From positions 1 through 64,000 of the IMG/VR virus record IMGVR_UViG_3300036783_000180: a DNA stretch of 64,000 nt; one strand, written 5' to 3'. Positions 46,923-57,718 of the stretch are shown in pieces; the first letter of the stretch is position 1, and every line of letters starts with the position of its first letter. Both the position numbers and the translations under genes were made by a program. The notes below the pieces were generated by a model. The model had not been told where the DNA came from. It did not search any database and worked only from the letters and a program-made list of their open reading frames with translations. Source of the DNA: a virus (taxonomy: Duplodnaviria; Caudoviricetes).

Positions 46923-49004
46923 TTATAGTTTTAAATCAATTTCTTTGTTGTTGTTTGTATACTTACGTAAGAAATCGATTAAGAAATTCATCGAAATGTC
47001 TTCCGTTTTTAATGCCGAAACAAATGTAACGACAGCTGCAAACACAGAGAAATCAATCCACTTTTTGCCTTTATAATCAAGGTCTATATTTGTGATGATT
47101 TCTCCATTTTCATCACGATCAGCTGGGCCATTTACAATGTTTTGTCCTGTCCATAACATCTGTTGCACTTCATCTTTGCTATATTGCTTATACTCGTATA
47201 CATTTAAATTGGAAAGTTCGAAGAACTCATTTTCTTGTACAGTTGTTACCGTAGGAGAAAGCATTTTAGCAACTAAGGCATTCGCAATATAACCTCTAGC
47301 CTTACGGATATGATTAACTGGAATACTCTCATCCGTAACTTCTTTTGCGGCTTCCTTTTCAAGAATAGCGAATATATCTTCTACGTTTTGTTGATAAGTG
47401 AAAGCATGCATAATATCGAAAAAGTCATACGTTGTCACGCGGTCTTTATAACGATCAATGATCGCTTTCAAAGGTTTACTTAGCGAACATACAGATTGAA
47501 TAACAAATCGTCTTTTCTCATCCAATGAATGATACAAGTATCTATTGTCGTTTTCTAACAATAGAAATTGCGGCGGTAAATCGATATAATCTACAAGTTG
47601 CTCTGATTCATCGACACCTATATTAACCGTATCTACAAACGGAGCTAATACATCACTGTACTGTAATTCATCACCCATACGAATTGAATTTACCGCATCG
47701 TAACCTTGTCTAAACATTGTATTTCTTTCTTTATCTCGAATACCAGAGCCAGCTTTCAATCGAACTGTCATTGAGAAATGTAAAAACTTTTTATTCGCTT
47801 CCTTGATTTTAACATCTTCAGCTGGTGGTCTTTCATCGTATTGATTCATGTGATCATCAATAATTTTAATCAATGCATTCTTTCTATATCTAATTTGCAC
47901 GAGTGAACCATTTTGTAATTCATCATGCTCCATTATGACAACAGATTTTTCTTGCAATGTACCCATTGTTTCAAAGCTTTCGTCTTTTTCTAAATGGAAG
48001 TCGCGGATGAATAATTTACTTTGATTCACATCAGGGTCATCATTTGAACCGAACGGATCATACAATTTCACACTGATAATATCCCAAACAGGTTTCTCGG
48101 TTAATGTAGCTTCATAGTGATTTCGTTTTGGGTTGAACTTTACTTCTACATTTTCCTCGTATTCTTCGAGTTGTTTACCGCGAATATACAAGTCAACTTT
48201 CTGTCCCCAATGTACGTCACGTATCGTTTGAATGAATGGACCATCAGGTTTATACTGACCGATAATATCTCGTTTCATAAGAGGATGGCCGTAACCTACA
48301 ACACGAACTTCTTCTACATTCTCGAAGCTTTTTAGGTAACGTTCGTACCCACGAGTGTTACCTAAGTTCGGCGCTGCAACACTTTCTTTTACGCGGATAG
48401 CTAATTCTTCGTTCGTTTCCTTATCTTTTCCTCCAGCAAATCTCGCTTCGTTCTTTACTTCATCTAAGAACGGAAGGTCTGTACCTGTAGTGTTGATGTC
48501 ACCTTCTTCTGCATTGTATTCTTTACCAGGTGCTTCAGCTATTGCAAGTACAACGATTTTATAACGGAATGTATCAGGTTCATACATATCAACCAATTGG
48601 TCTTCAGTGTACATTCTCGTTACATCAGTTACGTATGTTAAACCTTGTTTAGAACGAACTTCCGTTCTTTCAGGAATTGTTACAACGCCACTCTTAGGAA
48701 TGTCATTGAAATAAAACGCAACGAAGCCTTTAGCTTTTTCACCAAGATTTCGATACACAGTTTTTCTAGCAGCGAGTTCATCCATTTCTTCTTCTGTCAT
48801 GACATCAGCGTTATCCAAACTTTGTGTCAACTTCACTCTGTCTGCATAGTCGATAAGTGGTACCATCATCTTTACATGTGGCATACCTATCATTTCCATA
48901 AACGGACCATTATCTCTTGTGTCTACATTAGGAAATGCGGCTTTCGTAAGTTCTTTTACATAATTTATCAGCATTTCTTCTTTGTCAGATAAACGGTTTA
49001 CCAT
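46923..49004 (-). CDS. Baseplate J-like protein
   Basis: A...PG..YN...G.I, GGKDKETNEELAIR, GY..Y and VDLYI motifs. Confidence 0.85.
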   Translation of the reverse strand: MVNRLSDKEEMLINYVKELTKAAFPNVDTRDNGPFMEMIGMPHVKMMVPLIDYADRVKLTQSLDNADVMTEEEMDELAARKTVYRNLGEKAKGFVAFYFNDIPKSGVVTIPERTEVRSKQGLTYVTDVTRMYTEDQLVDMYEPDTFRYKIVVLAIAEAPGKEYNAEEGDINTTGTDLPFLDEVKNEARFAGGKDKETNEELAIRVKESVAAPNLGNTRGYERYLKSFENVEEVRVVGYGHPLMKRDIIGQYKPDGPFIQTIRDVHWGQKVDLYIRGKQLEEYEENVEVKFNPKRNHYEATLTEKPVWDIISVKLYDPFGSNDDPDVNQSKLFIRDFHLEKDESFETMGTLQEKSVVIMEHDELQNGSLVQIRYRKNALIKIIDDHMNQYDERPPAEDVKIKEANKKFLHFSMTVRLKAGSGIRDKERNTMFRQGYDAVNSIRMGDELQYSDVLAPFVDTVNIGVDESEQLVDYIDLPPQFLLLENDNRYLYHSLDEKRRFVIQSVCSLSKPLKAIIDRYKDRVTTYDFFDIMHAFTYQQNVEDIFAILEKEAAKEVTDESIPVNHIRKARGYIANALVAKMLSPTVTTVQENEFFELSNLNVYEYKQYSKDEVQQMLWTGQNIVNGPADRDENGEIITNIDLDYKGKKWIDFSVFAAVVTFVSALKTEDISMNFLIDFLRKYTNNNKEIDLKL

Positions 49005-49017
49005 ATTATCCCTCCTT

Positions 49018-49887
49018 CTAGAATCCTAATCTAAAGTTACCTGTTGTAGCTTGTGTTGTAATTAATAACTCAATTACAATCATACGAGGATTAGCTTGTG
49101 GTTTGTATACATTTTTCACTCGTAATGAAACGAAAGTTTCATCTTCGGAAAGTGTATCCCTGTAGTCCAATTGTTCTTCTAAATACTTATCTTCTACCTC
49201 TGAAACAATCAGTCGAATGTTATCAAATAAATCATCATCCGTTTTAGATTGATGCATAATCGTAGCATGAAGTGTAGTTCCGTATTCATTATCCAATTGG
49301 CTAGTACCTAACTTAGTTAATAAGTCTTTTACGACTTTTTGAAGCACTAAGTGTACACCTTCAGCTTGACTAAAATCTCCGTTTTCATCTAGCAAATCAA
49401 TAAACCAATTTCTACCTCCACAACGTGGACACATATCTGATTTGTAGTATTCTTTGTTATTACTAGTATAAAACACTTTCATTTTAACATAGTACTTTTT
49501 AGGAGGTTTTACATTCCATTTTATACGGTTATGTAAAAATCTCTCATAAAACTTAGAAGGAAGTGGCGCCGATCTATCTTTCCCTTCCGTAAAGTACTTA
49601 CGGAAATCGACTAAGAATTCATCGTCACCATCATAAAATCCATCCGTTGGGTCAGGGTCATCATATGTTTGTCTTTCAGAAGTCATATCGTATTCGAAAT
49701 CTTCGTAGTCATCTATCGTATCGAAATCGATAGCTCTGACCTCCAGAATCTCTAGCACCTTCGCCTTCTCTATCAAAATATCCCTTTGCGTACCATTATT
49801 AGTAATGATAACTTCCTTCAAAAATCCCTCTCTATCGTCATTCAACATTAAATGACTACAAAAATGAAGATGCTTTGGCACTTTCAA
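49018..49887 (-). CDS. Baseplate wedge/sheath initiator (gp25-like C-terminal domain)
   Basis: LQKVVKDLLTKLGT....YGTTL gp25-like motif, CPRC, upstream of baseplate J. Confidence 0.65.
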   Translation of the reverse strand: MKVPKHLHFCSHLMLNDDREGFLKEVIITNNGTQRDILIEKAKVLEILEVRAIDFDTIDDYEDFEYDMTSERQTYDDPDPTDGFYDGDDEFLVDFRKYFTEGKDRSAPLPSKFYERFLHNRIKWNVKPPKKYYVKMKVFYTSNNKEYYKSDMCPRCGGRNWFIDLLDENGDFSQAEGVHLVLQKVVKDLLTKLGTSQLDNEYGTTLHATIMHQSKTDDDLFDNIRLIVSEVEDKYLEEQLDYRDTLSEDETFVSLRVKNVYKPQANPRMIVIELLITTQATTGNFRLGF

Positions 49888-50439
49888 TTATTCCACCGCC
49901 TGTCTCACGAATTTACCGTACACACTATCTAATTGGTCTTGGGATAACGTTTCTAAATTTATTTTATTTCCTTTGATAAACTTATACACATTCTCACAAA
50001 CATCAAGACCACGTAGTTCACTATCTATTTTATCAATTTCCCGAATAACGGACATTAAAATTTTAGCCGAACGAGTCTGTCTTAATTTGTTCTCGTTGAT
50101 AGATTTTCTAAGCATATCTATTCTTTGGTTGCATTCCGTTATTCTTCCAATTGTAAGTTTCTTAGATTGCGTGTAAATACTGCTCTTTTGTTGTTCGATT
50201 AATCGTTTCTGCAATTTAGGTATTTCCAAACCATTAATATCACCAATTTGGTTTTCATACCTCTTGTTAGCGGTTTGAACGTTAGCGTATACATTTTCCA
50301 GTTCCATTCTGTACTTCTTTTGCTCTATTTCTAACTCTTTCCTTTGTTCCTTCATCATATCTCTACTCGACATTAAATCTTCAAATGTGTACCTTTGAAG
50401 GACAATGATGGCTTCTGTAAATAAGGCTCTCGTTATCAT
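49888..50439 (-). CDS. Coiled-coil hypothetical protein
   Basis: 183 aa within the baseplate operon. Confidence 0.6.
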   Translation of the reverse strand: MITRALFTEAIIVLQRYTFEDLMSSRDMMKEQRKELEIEQKKYRMELENVYANVQTANKRYENQIGDINGLEIPKLQKRLIEQQKSSIYTQSKKLTIGRITECNQRIDMLRKSINENKLRQTRSAKILMSVIREIDKIDSELRGLDVCENVYKFIKGNKINLETLSQDQLDSVYGKFVRQAVE

Positions 50440-51443
50440 TTGCTATCACCCTTTTTCAAAGTATCAACTTCGTTTTTTAATGCTTCGATTTGTCCAATCA
50501 GTTGAGAGAAAGACGTTTTCTTATCTCCGATTTTAATAACTACATCTTCACTACCAATCATAAATGACGTTTCGCCAACCTCGTATTTTAACGCACCCTG
50601 CTTTGACACAGTTAGTCTTGTTTGATTTCCTTTGTGTTTGAACTCTGATTTTAACAACAACTCGCTACCGTCGTCAGAAGACTTTTCTTTGTTATCTTTG
50701 TCATCAAATACATTCAAAGCTTGTATAGTTAGTTCGTCCGAACCTTCCTCTATCGAAATACCAGTGTGATTATTAGTTAAAATAGCTTGAGCCAAGTCTC
50801 TATCATCTAAGGTTGTTACAACTTGAGGGATAGAAGTCTTAGCCTCCAATCGGTAATTTTGTTCATTCGTTTTTGTTCCATCTTTCTTTATATACTCACC
50901 TAACTTACTTTTTAAACCGCCAACCTCTAAAGTTGTTTTATCAACCTGAATGTTAAATGATCCGTCCGATTCACTAAGTGTTAATCGATGTAACTTTTGT
51001 GTAGCTATTTCGATTTCACCCATGTTCTTAACAAATACGTACGCTCCACCTAGGGAGCGTAGCATAATTTCTCCTAATTGGATGTTGGATATATCGAACA
51101 TGCTATCAAACTTAGAAGGGGAAGCATTTTGTTTCATTGCACCATCTTTAACTTCAACATCAGGTAACATGTATTGAGCAGGTAAAACATAAGGTATTCT
51201 ATCCGCTCCCCAAAAAGCTAAAGCCGTAGTGTTCGGTGGCGGTGGACTTATGATTCCAGAATTTAAAAACAAAGCAGGGAAGAGTACTATTACATCTTCC
51301 CTTTTTTGCTTCGAATTGAGGAATTGCACAGTCCCAACCATTCTACTCATATCAAATTCTAAAATCTTACATGGCTCGAAAATAGAATCTTTATTTCCAT
51401 TTACGATGCTCATCAATCTTTCGTAGTACTCATTGTTTTCCAT
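50436..51443 (-). CDS. Central spike/baseplate assembly protein (gpV/gp5 OB-fold-like)
   Basis: N-terminal OB-like segment (..GIISPPPPNT), GEIMLRSLGGA, beta-rich C-terminus, directly after the hub genes. Confidence 0.55.
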   Translation of the reverse strand: MENNEYYERLMSIVNGNKDSIFEPCKILEFDMSRMVGTVQFLNSKQKREDVIVLFPALFLNSGIISPPPPNTTALAFWGADRIPYVLPAQYMLPDVEVKDGAMKQNASPSKFDSMFDISNIQLGEIMLRSLGGAYVFVKNMGEIEIATQKLHRLTLSESDGSFNIQVDKTTLEVGGLKSKLGEYIKKDGTKTNEQNYRLEAKTSIPQVVTTLDDRDLAQAILTNNHTGISIEEGSDELTIQALNVFDDKDNKEKSSDDGSELLLKSEFKHKGNQTRLTVSKQGALKYEVGETSFMIGSEDVVIKIGDKKTSFSQLIGQIEALKNEVDTLKKGDSK

Positions 51444-51459
51444 GCACTTCTCTCCTTTC

Positions 51460-54400
51460 TCAATCTCTTTGCATCAGCAAGAATCTAGCGTAATCTTCTA
51501 ACGATGCATCTAATGCTTTTTCTAATTCTTTTACTCGTTCGGCTACAGAAGAAGTACCACTCTTTACATGGTTGTTGATGATCTTCTCTATCTCGTCTTT
51601 CGTTAAATCCTTATTCCATACAGTACTTATGTCTTCTTTTGGCGCTTTATCATTCTTATACAAATCACGTAACTCTTTAGAATCAGAAGCAATCATGACA
51701 ACGTTATTATGATTATCATGCATCTGTTTTAACTTCTCACGCAACTTATTCATATCTCCTTTTTGAACTACTTCACCAAAATCAGAAGCTTTCGCGGTCG
51801 TTTCTCCTAACATTACGGAATCCTCTATATCATTATAACTTTCTGGAGAGCGTAAGTAACCACCTGAAACGTTTGTTTTTACACCTTTCTGGAATTCGCC
51901 TTCATGCGTTACTCCTGTTACATAAAACACTATGTTCTCTCTCGTAGGCTCAAGCCATGCATTGAAGCCCGGTCTAATTGCAGGGTTCAGTGTAGTAAGC
52001 CCTACGTTAATCGTATGGGCGTTCGCTCTACTTAGATGCATAATGTACTTAGCGTACCTCTCCATCATCGTATCAACAGTATTTACACCGTCATTGACAT
52101 TCTTTAAATCATTACGTATCAGCAATTGTTCCGCGATGCGTAAGTTCATTTTGTACTTTCTTTCTTCTTCACTTAATGTAGGCTCGTAATTCGACTTAAA
52201 CTCAGGTAACTCAGTAGGATAGCTTTGCACTAAATGACCACCATCTGTAGGTGACATTCCACCACCGCCTCCACTATCTCCACCGGGATAAGCTGCGTCG
52301 CCTGTCACATGACCATCTATAGGTTTTACATCTTTACCTTGGCTTCGCACTCCACTGCCACGCTGAATCATTCTCATCCTAACAGTACGTTTTCCCCATC
52401 CATAAGCAGTATCATGATCTTTGGATAAAAGGTCAATATGCTTTACCTTAATCGCTCCACCTGTATCTAAGGCTACAGCAAGAAATTTAGCAGGGGCAGC
52501 AGGGTGAACATCACCAACCTGTTCGATTTCGACAATAGAATATAAAGGAATATATTTAGGGTCTACAGCTATAATTCGATACCCTTTATACAAAATAGTT
52601 CCTCTAATTGAAAAACCTACAGCAGTACTAAAACCACCTTGCAGTGGATCATCAGCGGCGTAGTAAGATGTACATAAAATGTTATCTGCCCATCCACCAC
52701 TATCCATAGCAGCTTTTAAAGAACCGCCGTCATTGACTTGCGCTTTTGTCGGTGGCCCGAAAGCTCGCGGTGAAGCAGCTATTCTAGGTTGTATCGATGG
52801 AGATAGCGCAGCTATTTTAGGTTGCATAGGCGCTTGCAATCCTTTTAATTGCGGTATTTGTATTACATCTTGCGTTGTTTTTAATGGTTTAGGTCCGAAC
52901 CTTTCCATAAGTGAACCAGAAGGAACAGTTGAGTTCCCGACCTTCCCTATGCAAGCATTGTATTCAGCAACTACATCTTTTAATAACATAGCGTAACTTT
53001 TACCGATTTTACCTAAAGCATCACCTGGATCTACACGTCGAGCAGGATCTAAGATTTGGTGAGAAGTTATAGAAGTGGCAGGGTTCAATTTAAAATGATA
53101 ACAAAGATAAGCAAGAACCCACACATATCGTTTGTACGCTTCTTCATTATTACCTGTCCCTTTTAATGAATAACAGAACTCTACACCTATTGCATTACTG
53201 TTCGGCTGCACTCCATATAGTTGTATAGCTTTCTGACTATCCCTAACGTGGTTAGCAGTTTCTGGTGTCCCTGTTATAGCAGGGACGCATTCTAATATGT
53301 TTTGCCAATCTACAAACATATGAGCCGAAGCGAAATCTTGATTACGACTATTCTCATAGTAATTAATGTTTTGCGGAGCAAATGATTCAGGAGAACCAAC
53401 ATCATGCGCTACGATGAATTTAACTTGCCCTAGTTTAGTCCCCGGCCTACGTTTACTAGGAGCAGTTAAATACTTGGTAGATATTGGATACTTCATATTG
53501 AAGTTAACACCAGAAGGAGGTGTCCAATTTCCGTTATCTATTGAACCAGCTTCTCCACCACCACCGTCAGCAGAACCACTTCCACCTACCATTTGCTTAC
53601 CATATATTTTCGCTTCGATAAATTGAGAAACATACTTACCTTTCTCCGGTGTACCAATGTAAAGTCCCATAGGAACAGAAGCGACCACTTGAGTCCCTAC
53701 GTCTGCTCCTGCTCTTAGGGAACTAGCCATAGCTTCACTCGTTCCGCCTTGCACAAGAACACGCGTGGGTTCTTCTTCCCAATTGTTATAATATGACGAA
53801 CTACTTACAATTGATTCATCTAATACATGCGTTTTTAAAATATCATCCTTCCAGGAAGGAGGTTTGATTTTAAACGTTCCGTCTCTATCTTGATAAAATT
53901 CAAAAGCTATTTGCGACAACAACTCGTTCAAGTACGTATAGAATGTATCTATTTTCGTAGCTTGAGAGAACGTAACGCCATCTAGCATACCTGCTGCTCT
54001 AAATACTTTATCTATATCACCCATTACTTTGAATCTGTTTTTTAAGCCTGTAAAATCGAATGTGGTATCACCTTTACCTATATCGTAATAAGACTTATGG
54101 ATTATATCGAATAAAGCTGCAATAAATTCTTGCACGCTCTTATCCTTCAATAATGTATCTTTTTGCAAATTAAACATTTCGTATGCTTGTTGCGAATTAA
54201 TATTTTGCGCTTCATATTGGAATCTCGTAGCGTTAACATACGAATCTTCTTTCGATATGTTCAAAGGAACAGCTATATCTAACCAATGATAAAAACCTTT
54301 TATATTAAAGGTAACGAGTCCTAAATACCCTCTACTTTCATTCCAAGACTTGTTTATAATCTCCCCTTCAAATAACATGCAAAACTTACCGCTGAATGGA

Positions 54401-54591
54401 TTTTTCCCAAACACCCTCACCTGATATAAATACAACTTTAACTTATCAAGAGCAGGAGTTTTGAGCATCGTCACAGTTCCTGTTGCACCGTCGGCAAACA
54501 ATCCTAGACTCGTTTTCCAATTGATAACGTAAGGGTCAACCCTTACGTTATCAAAATAGATAAGATAATCCGATTGTTCGATTAACATCAT
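51460..54591 (-). CDS. Baseplate hub / tail lysin with amidase_2 and 3D domains
   Basis: Amidase IVAHDVG...ASAHMFVD...IGVEFC...SHQ...DPG. 3D domain IIAVDPKYIPLYS...ALDTGGAIK..HIDL. Confidence 0.85.
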   Translation of the reverse strand: MMLIEQSDYLIYFDNVRVDPYVINWKTSLGLFADGATGTVTMLKTPALDKLKLYLYQVRVFGKNPFSGKFCMLFEGEIINKSWNESRGYLGLVTFNIKGFYHWLDIAVPLNISKEDSYVNATRFQYEAQNINSQQAYEMFNLQKDTLLKDKSVQEFIAALFDIIHKSYYDIGKGDTTFDFTGLKNRFKVMGDIDKVFRAAGMLDGVTFSQATKIDTFYTYLNELLSQIAFEFYQDRDGTFKIKPPSWKDDILKTHVLDESIVSSSSYYNNWEEEPTRVLVQGGTSEAMASSLRAGADVGTQVVASVPMGLYIGTPEKGKYVSQFIEAKIYGKQMVGGSGSADGGGGEAGSIDNGNWTPPSGVNFNMKYPISTKYLTAPSKRRPGTKLGQVKFIVAHDVGSPESFAPQNINYYENSRNQDFASAHMFVDWQNILECVPAITGTPETANHVRDSQKAIQLYGVQPNSNAIGVEFCYSLKGTGNNEEAYKRYVWVLAYLCYHFKLNPATSITSHQILDPARRVDPGDALGKIGKSYAMLLKDVVAEYNACIGKVGNSTVPSGSLMERFGPKPLKTTQDVIQIPQLKGLQAPMQPKIAALSPSIQPRIAASPRAFGPPTKAQVNDGGSLKAAMDSGGWADNILCTSYYAADDPLQGGFSTAVGFSIRGTILYKGYRIIAVDPKYIPLYSIVEIEQVGDVHPAAPAKFLAVALDTGGAIKVKHIDLLSKDHDTAYGWGKRTVRMRMIQRGSGVRSQGKDVKPIDGHVTGDAAYPGGDSGGGGGMSPTDGGHLVQSYPTELPEFKSNYEPTLSEEERKYKMNLRIAEQLLIRNDLKNVNDGVNTVDTMMERYAKYIMHLSRANAHTINVGLTTLNPAIRPGFNAWLEPTRENIVFYVTGVTHEGEFQKGVKTNVSGGYLRSPESYNDIEDSVMLGETTAKASDFGEVVQKGDMNKLREKLKQMHDNHNNVVMIASDSKELRDLYKNDKAPKEDISTVWNKDLTKDEIEKIINNHVKSGTSSVAERVKELEKALDASLEDYARFLLMQRD

Positions 54592-54604
54592 AGACTATCA
54601 CCTC

Positions 54605-57600
54605 TTAAAATTTCTGCATCAACAAGTGCTTCACAAAGAATTCCTCGGAATCAGAGATAGCTTTTTCGATTTCTTTCGCTCTCTCTTTAATTAATTTAGG
54701 AGCTTTGCTATACACATTTTGTATTTGCTTGTTTAATTCATCGTCTGTAAATTCCTTATTCCAAATCGTCGCATAATTACCTACTTTGTCCTCAGGTATT
54801 GTATACAATTCTCTCAACAAATCAATCTCACTAGCATCAGCAACAACACTTTCATTGTTAGCATGTAGTGTTTTTAACCTATTTCGCAGGTCATCCATTT
54901 TGTCTTTTTCAACAACAGCACCAAAATCTTTAGCTGTAGTATTAGCCAATCCAACAAATACAGAAGCATCTATCTCATCATATTTACCCGGTTCTCTAAT
55001 ATAACCACCACTCACAGAACTTGCACAACCATTACCATAAGAACCATGATGCGAGATTCCCGTAATATAAAATACAATATCCTGTCTAGTCGGCTCAAGC
55101 CATGCATTATAACCCGGACGTAAATTGGGAAGACATGCATTTAATGTAACTTGTATATTGTGCGATTGCGCCCTAGAAATATACATAATGTACTTAGCAT
55201 AATCCTCAAGAACTTTATCTAAGCTTTTCGCTTCCACACCATTTAAGTCATTCTTAATCAACTGTTGTTCTACAATCTTTAAATTCATTTTATATTTCTT
55301 TTCTTCATCACTCAACATCGCTCTATAATTAGATTCAAAGTCAGGTAGCGATGTATTTGTAGCAGAACCCGGGAACATAATACTTTCGTTTTGGTTCGGA
55401 TTCATTGGATCGAAGTTTTTATTCGGGTCACCTTCGACATAATTACCGTCAAATAACGCAGTATACTCTTTAATTACACTATCAACGAATTTTAGTTCTG
55501 TCTTCCCTGCATCGCTTCCTTCTAATGATTTACGAGCATTTTTGAAGTTTAATCCACCCTCCGTTTTGGTTGCTAATTCTTGAACTGTACCCATTTCCCC
55601 ACGGTAGTAAGCTAATAAAGAAAATGTAACTTTACCTTTAAAACGTTCCATACATTTCGAGAAGAATTCAGAACCCTTATCAATCGATGTAAAACCGAAC
55701 TTTTTATCGTCTTCTTTCATCATATCTTTACCAAAATGCTCTTTATTGACACCCATCAAACCTATATGTGTCTTATTATCAAACGACATATTCCAGTTTG
55801 ATTGATACGAAATAATACAACAAAGTAAGTTACCTTCAACACCATGAGGATTTTGACTTAAAGCCATCCCATAGAATACACCCTTTTGCGGTACTTTGTA
55901 TTTTAATTCTCGTTTCGGATCATACTTAACAGGTTTAGGTTCAACCTTCTTTTGCATCTCATTAAGTTGATCTAACACGCTTGGTATTTTAATAGGATTA
56001 TTAAGGTCTGGTACAAAGTTAATAGCAGGAGTTGCCACTCTAGGTGAAAGCGACATCGCTTTTTTTACACCTAATTTATCCATAGGATTAATAACCATAC
56101 TATTATTGTTATTGCCACCCTTCAAGCCGAACGGATCATCTTTCTTAGAATTGTCAGCTTGTGTTTTTACAGGACTTCCACCACTTCCACCACTTCCACC
56201 ACTTGACTTTTGTTGTCCTGCACCACTATCTTTCATCTTCTTTAAAAATTCAACAGGATTTAAATCTTTACCGCCATTATGTCTATCGCCTTCCCAAATT
56301 TCAAAGTGAAGGTGAGGTCCTGTAGATTCGCCCGTATTACCAGATATCCCTAACTCTTGACCAGGAGATACATTATCCCCTACTTTCACAGAGAACTTAC
56401 TCATATGCATATACACAAACTGATGCATTTTACCATTGAGATCTTGCTCTACAATTATCCAGTTACCAGCTGTAACTGAACCCTTATTCGCTAACGTAAC
56501 TTTTCCATGCGTTCCGATGCTAAGTATCGGTTGGTATCTAAAGCCGTAGTCGGTACCTTTATGACTTGGATTTTTACTTTGTGCAGTTCTATGTTTTTGT
56601 GTAATAGGATATTGATCTAAGTTATCAAACCACCCACCAGCTACTCCGCCTACAAAATTACTACCATCATTCACTCCACTAGGAGGTGCCATTCCATAAT
56701 CTTTCATAAAACGTTGTATACGTTGTGAGAAGAATTCGCCTTTCTCCGGTGTACCAATGTAGAGTCCCATCGGAACATCACCAAGAAATTGAGAAGCACC
56801 TGGACTACCCGGTACAGTAGTCGCTTGTAGTAATTCACTCGTGCCGCCTTTCGCCAAAACACGAGTTGGTTCAGATTCCCAATTACTCATTCCAGAAACA
56901 TTCTGCACTAAGAATTCATCAAGTACATGGTTTTTTAAAATGTTTTCCGACCAACTAGGTGGTTTGATTTTAAATGTACCATCCCTATCTTGAAAGAACT
57001 CAAACATCATTTGAGATAGCATTTCGTTTAAATACACATAAAACGAATCAATTTGTGTAGCCGTTACGAATGTTACGGTATCTAAAAAACCCGCTTGTCT
57101 AAACGTTTCATTCATTTCACCTAGCACTTTGAATCGATTCTTCAAATCTACAAAATCAAAGGCAGTTTCATTTTTACCTAAATCAAAATAACCAGTGTGT
57201 ATTTGTTCCAATAGTAAATCGATAATTTGTTGAATTGTCTTTTCTTTAAACAACATATCCTTTTGCGTAATGAAATTTTTCAATATATTTTCCGTATTGA
57301 TATTTTGCGCTTCATATAGAAAACGTTTCGCGTTAACGAATTCGTCATAAGTGTTAATCATTAACGGAACAGAAATGTTAAGCCAGTGATAATAACCACG
57401 AACCGCATAAGTTACAGTGCCTACATTAGCTCTACTGCTACTATGACTACGATTTATAATTTCCCCATCGAACACCATTGCAAATTTCTTTGTAAAAATG
57501 TTTCTAGCAAAAATTTTAACTTGTGCCAAATACGGTTTTATCTTGTCTAACGCAGGAGAACGATATAGCGTAATTGCCGCATTAGCATCAGAAGCAAATA

Positions 57601-57691
57601 AGCCCAATCTACTATTCCAGTCGATAATGTATGGATCAACACGAACATTATCTATATAAATTCTATAATCACTTGTTTGTATCAGATTCAT
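54605..57691 (-). CDS. Baseplate hub / tail lysin with M23 peptidase and SLT-like domains
   Basis: M23 motifs HKGTD, YMHM, GNTGESTGPHLHFE. Transglycosylase-like IISYQSNWN..IGLMGV...LLAYYRG. Hub shell is paralogous to 51460-54591. Confidence 0.85.
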   Translation of the reverse strand: MNLIQTSDYRIYIDNVRVDPYIIDWNSRLGLFASDANAAITLYRSPALDKIKPYLAQVKIFARNIFTKKFAMVFDGEIINRSHSSSRANVGTVTYAVRGYYHWLNISVPLMINTYDEFVNAKRFLYEAQNINTENILKNFITQKDMLFKEKTIQQIIDLLLEQIHTGYFDLGKNETAFDFVDLKNRFKVLGEMNETFRQAGFLDTVTFVTATQIDSFYVYLNEMLSQMMFEFFQDRDGTFKIKPPSWSENILKNHVLDEFLVQNVSGMSNWESEPTRVLAKGGTSELLQATTVPGSPGASQFLGDVPMGLYIGTPEKGEFFSQRIQRFMKDYGMAPPSGVNDGSNFVGGVAGGWFDNLDQYPITQKHRTAQSKNPSHKGTDYGFRYQPILSIGTHGKVTLANKGSVTAGNWIIVEQDLNGKMHQFVYMHMSKFSVKVGDNVSPGQELGISGNTGESTGPHLHFEIWEGDRHNGGKDLNPVEFLKKMKDSGAGQQKSSGGSGGSGGSPVKTQADNSKKDDPFGLKGGNNNNSMVINPMDKLGVKKAMSLSPRVATPAINFVPDLNNPIKIPSVLDQLNEMQKKVEPKPVKYDPKRELKYKVPQKGVFYGMALSQNPHGVEGNLLCCIISYQSNWNMSFDNKTHIGLMGVNKEHFGKDMMKEDDKKFGFTSIDKGSEFFSKCMERFKGKVTFSLLAYYRGEMGTVQELATKTEGGLNFKNARKSLEGSDAGKTELKFVDSVIKEYTALFDGNYVEGDPNKNFDPMNPNQNESIMFPGSATNTSLPDFESNYRAMLSDEEKKYKMNLKIVEQQLIKNDLNGVEAKSLDKVLEDYAKYIMYISRAQSHNIQVTLNACLPNLRPGYNAWLEPTRQDIVFYITGISHHGSYGNGCASSVSGGYIREPGKYDEIDASVFVGLANTTAKDFGAVVEKDKMDDLRNRLKTLHANNESVVADASEIDLLRELYTIPEDKVGNYATIWNKEFTDDELNKQIQNVYSKAPKLIKERAKEIEKAISDSEEFFVKHLLMQKF

Positions 57692-57718
57692 AAAATCACT
57701 CCTTATAATGACAAAACC

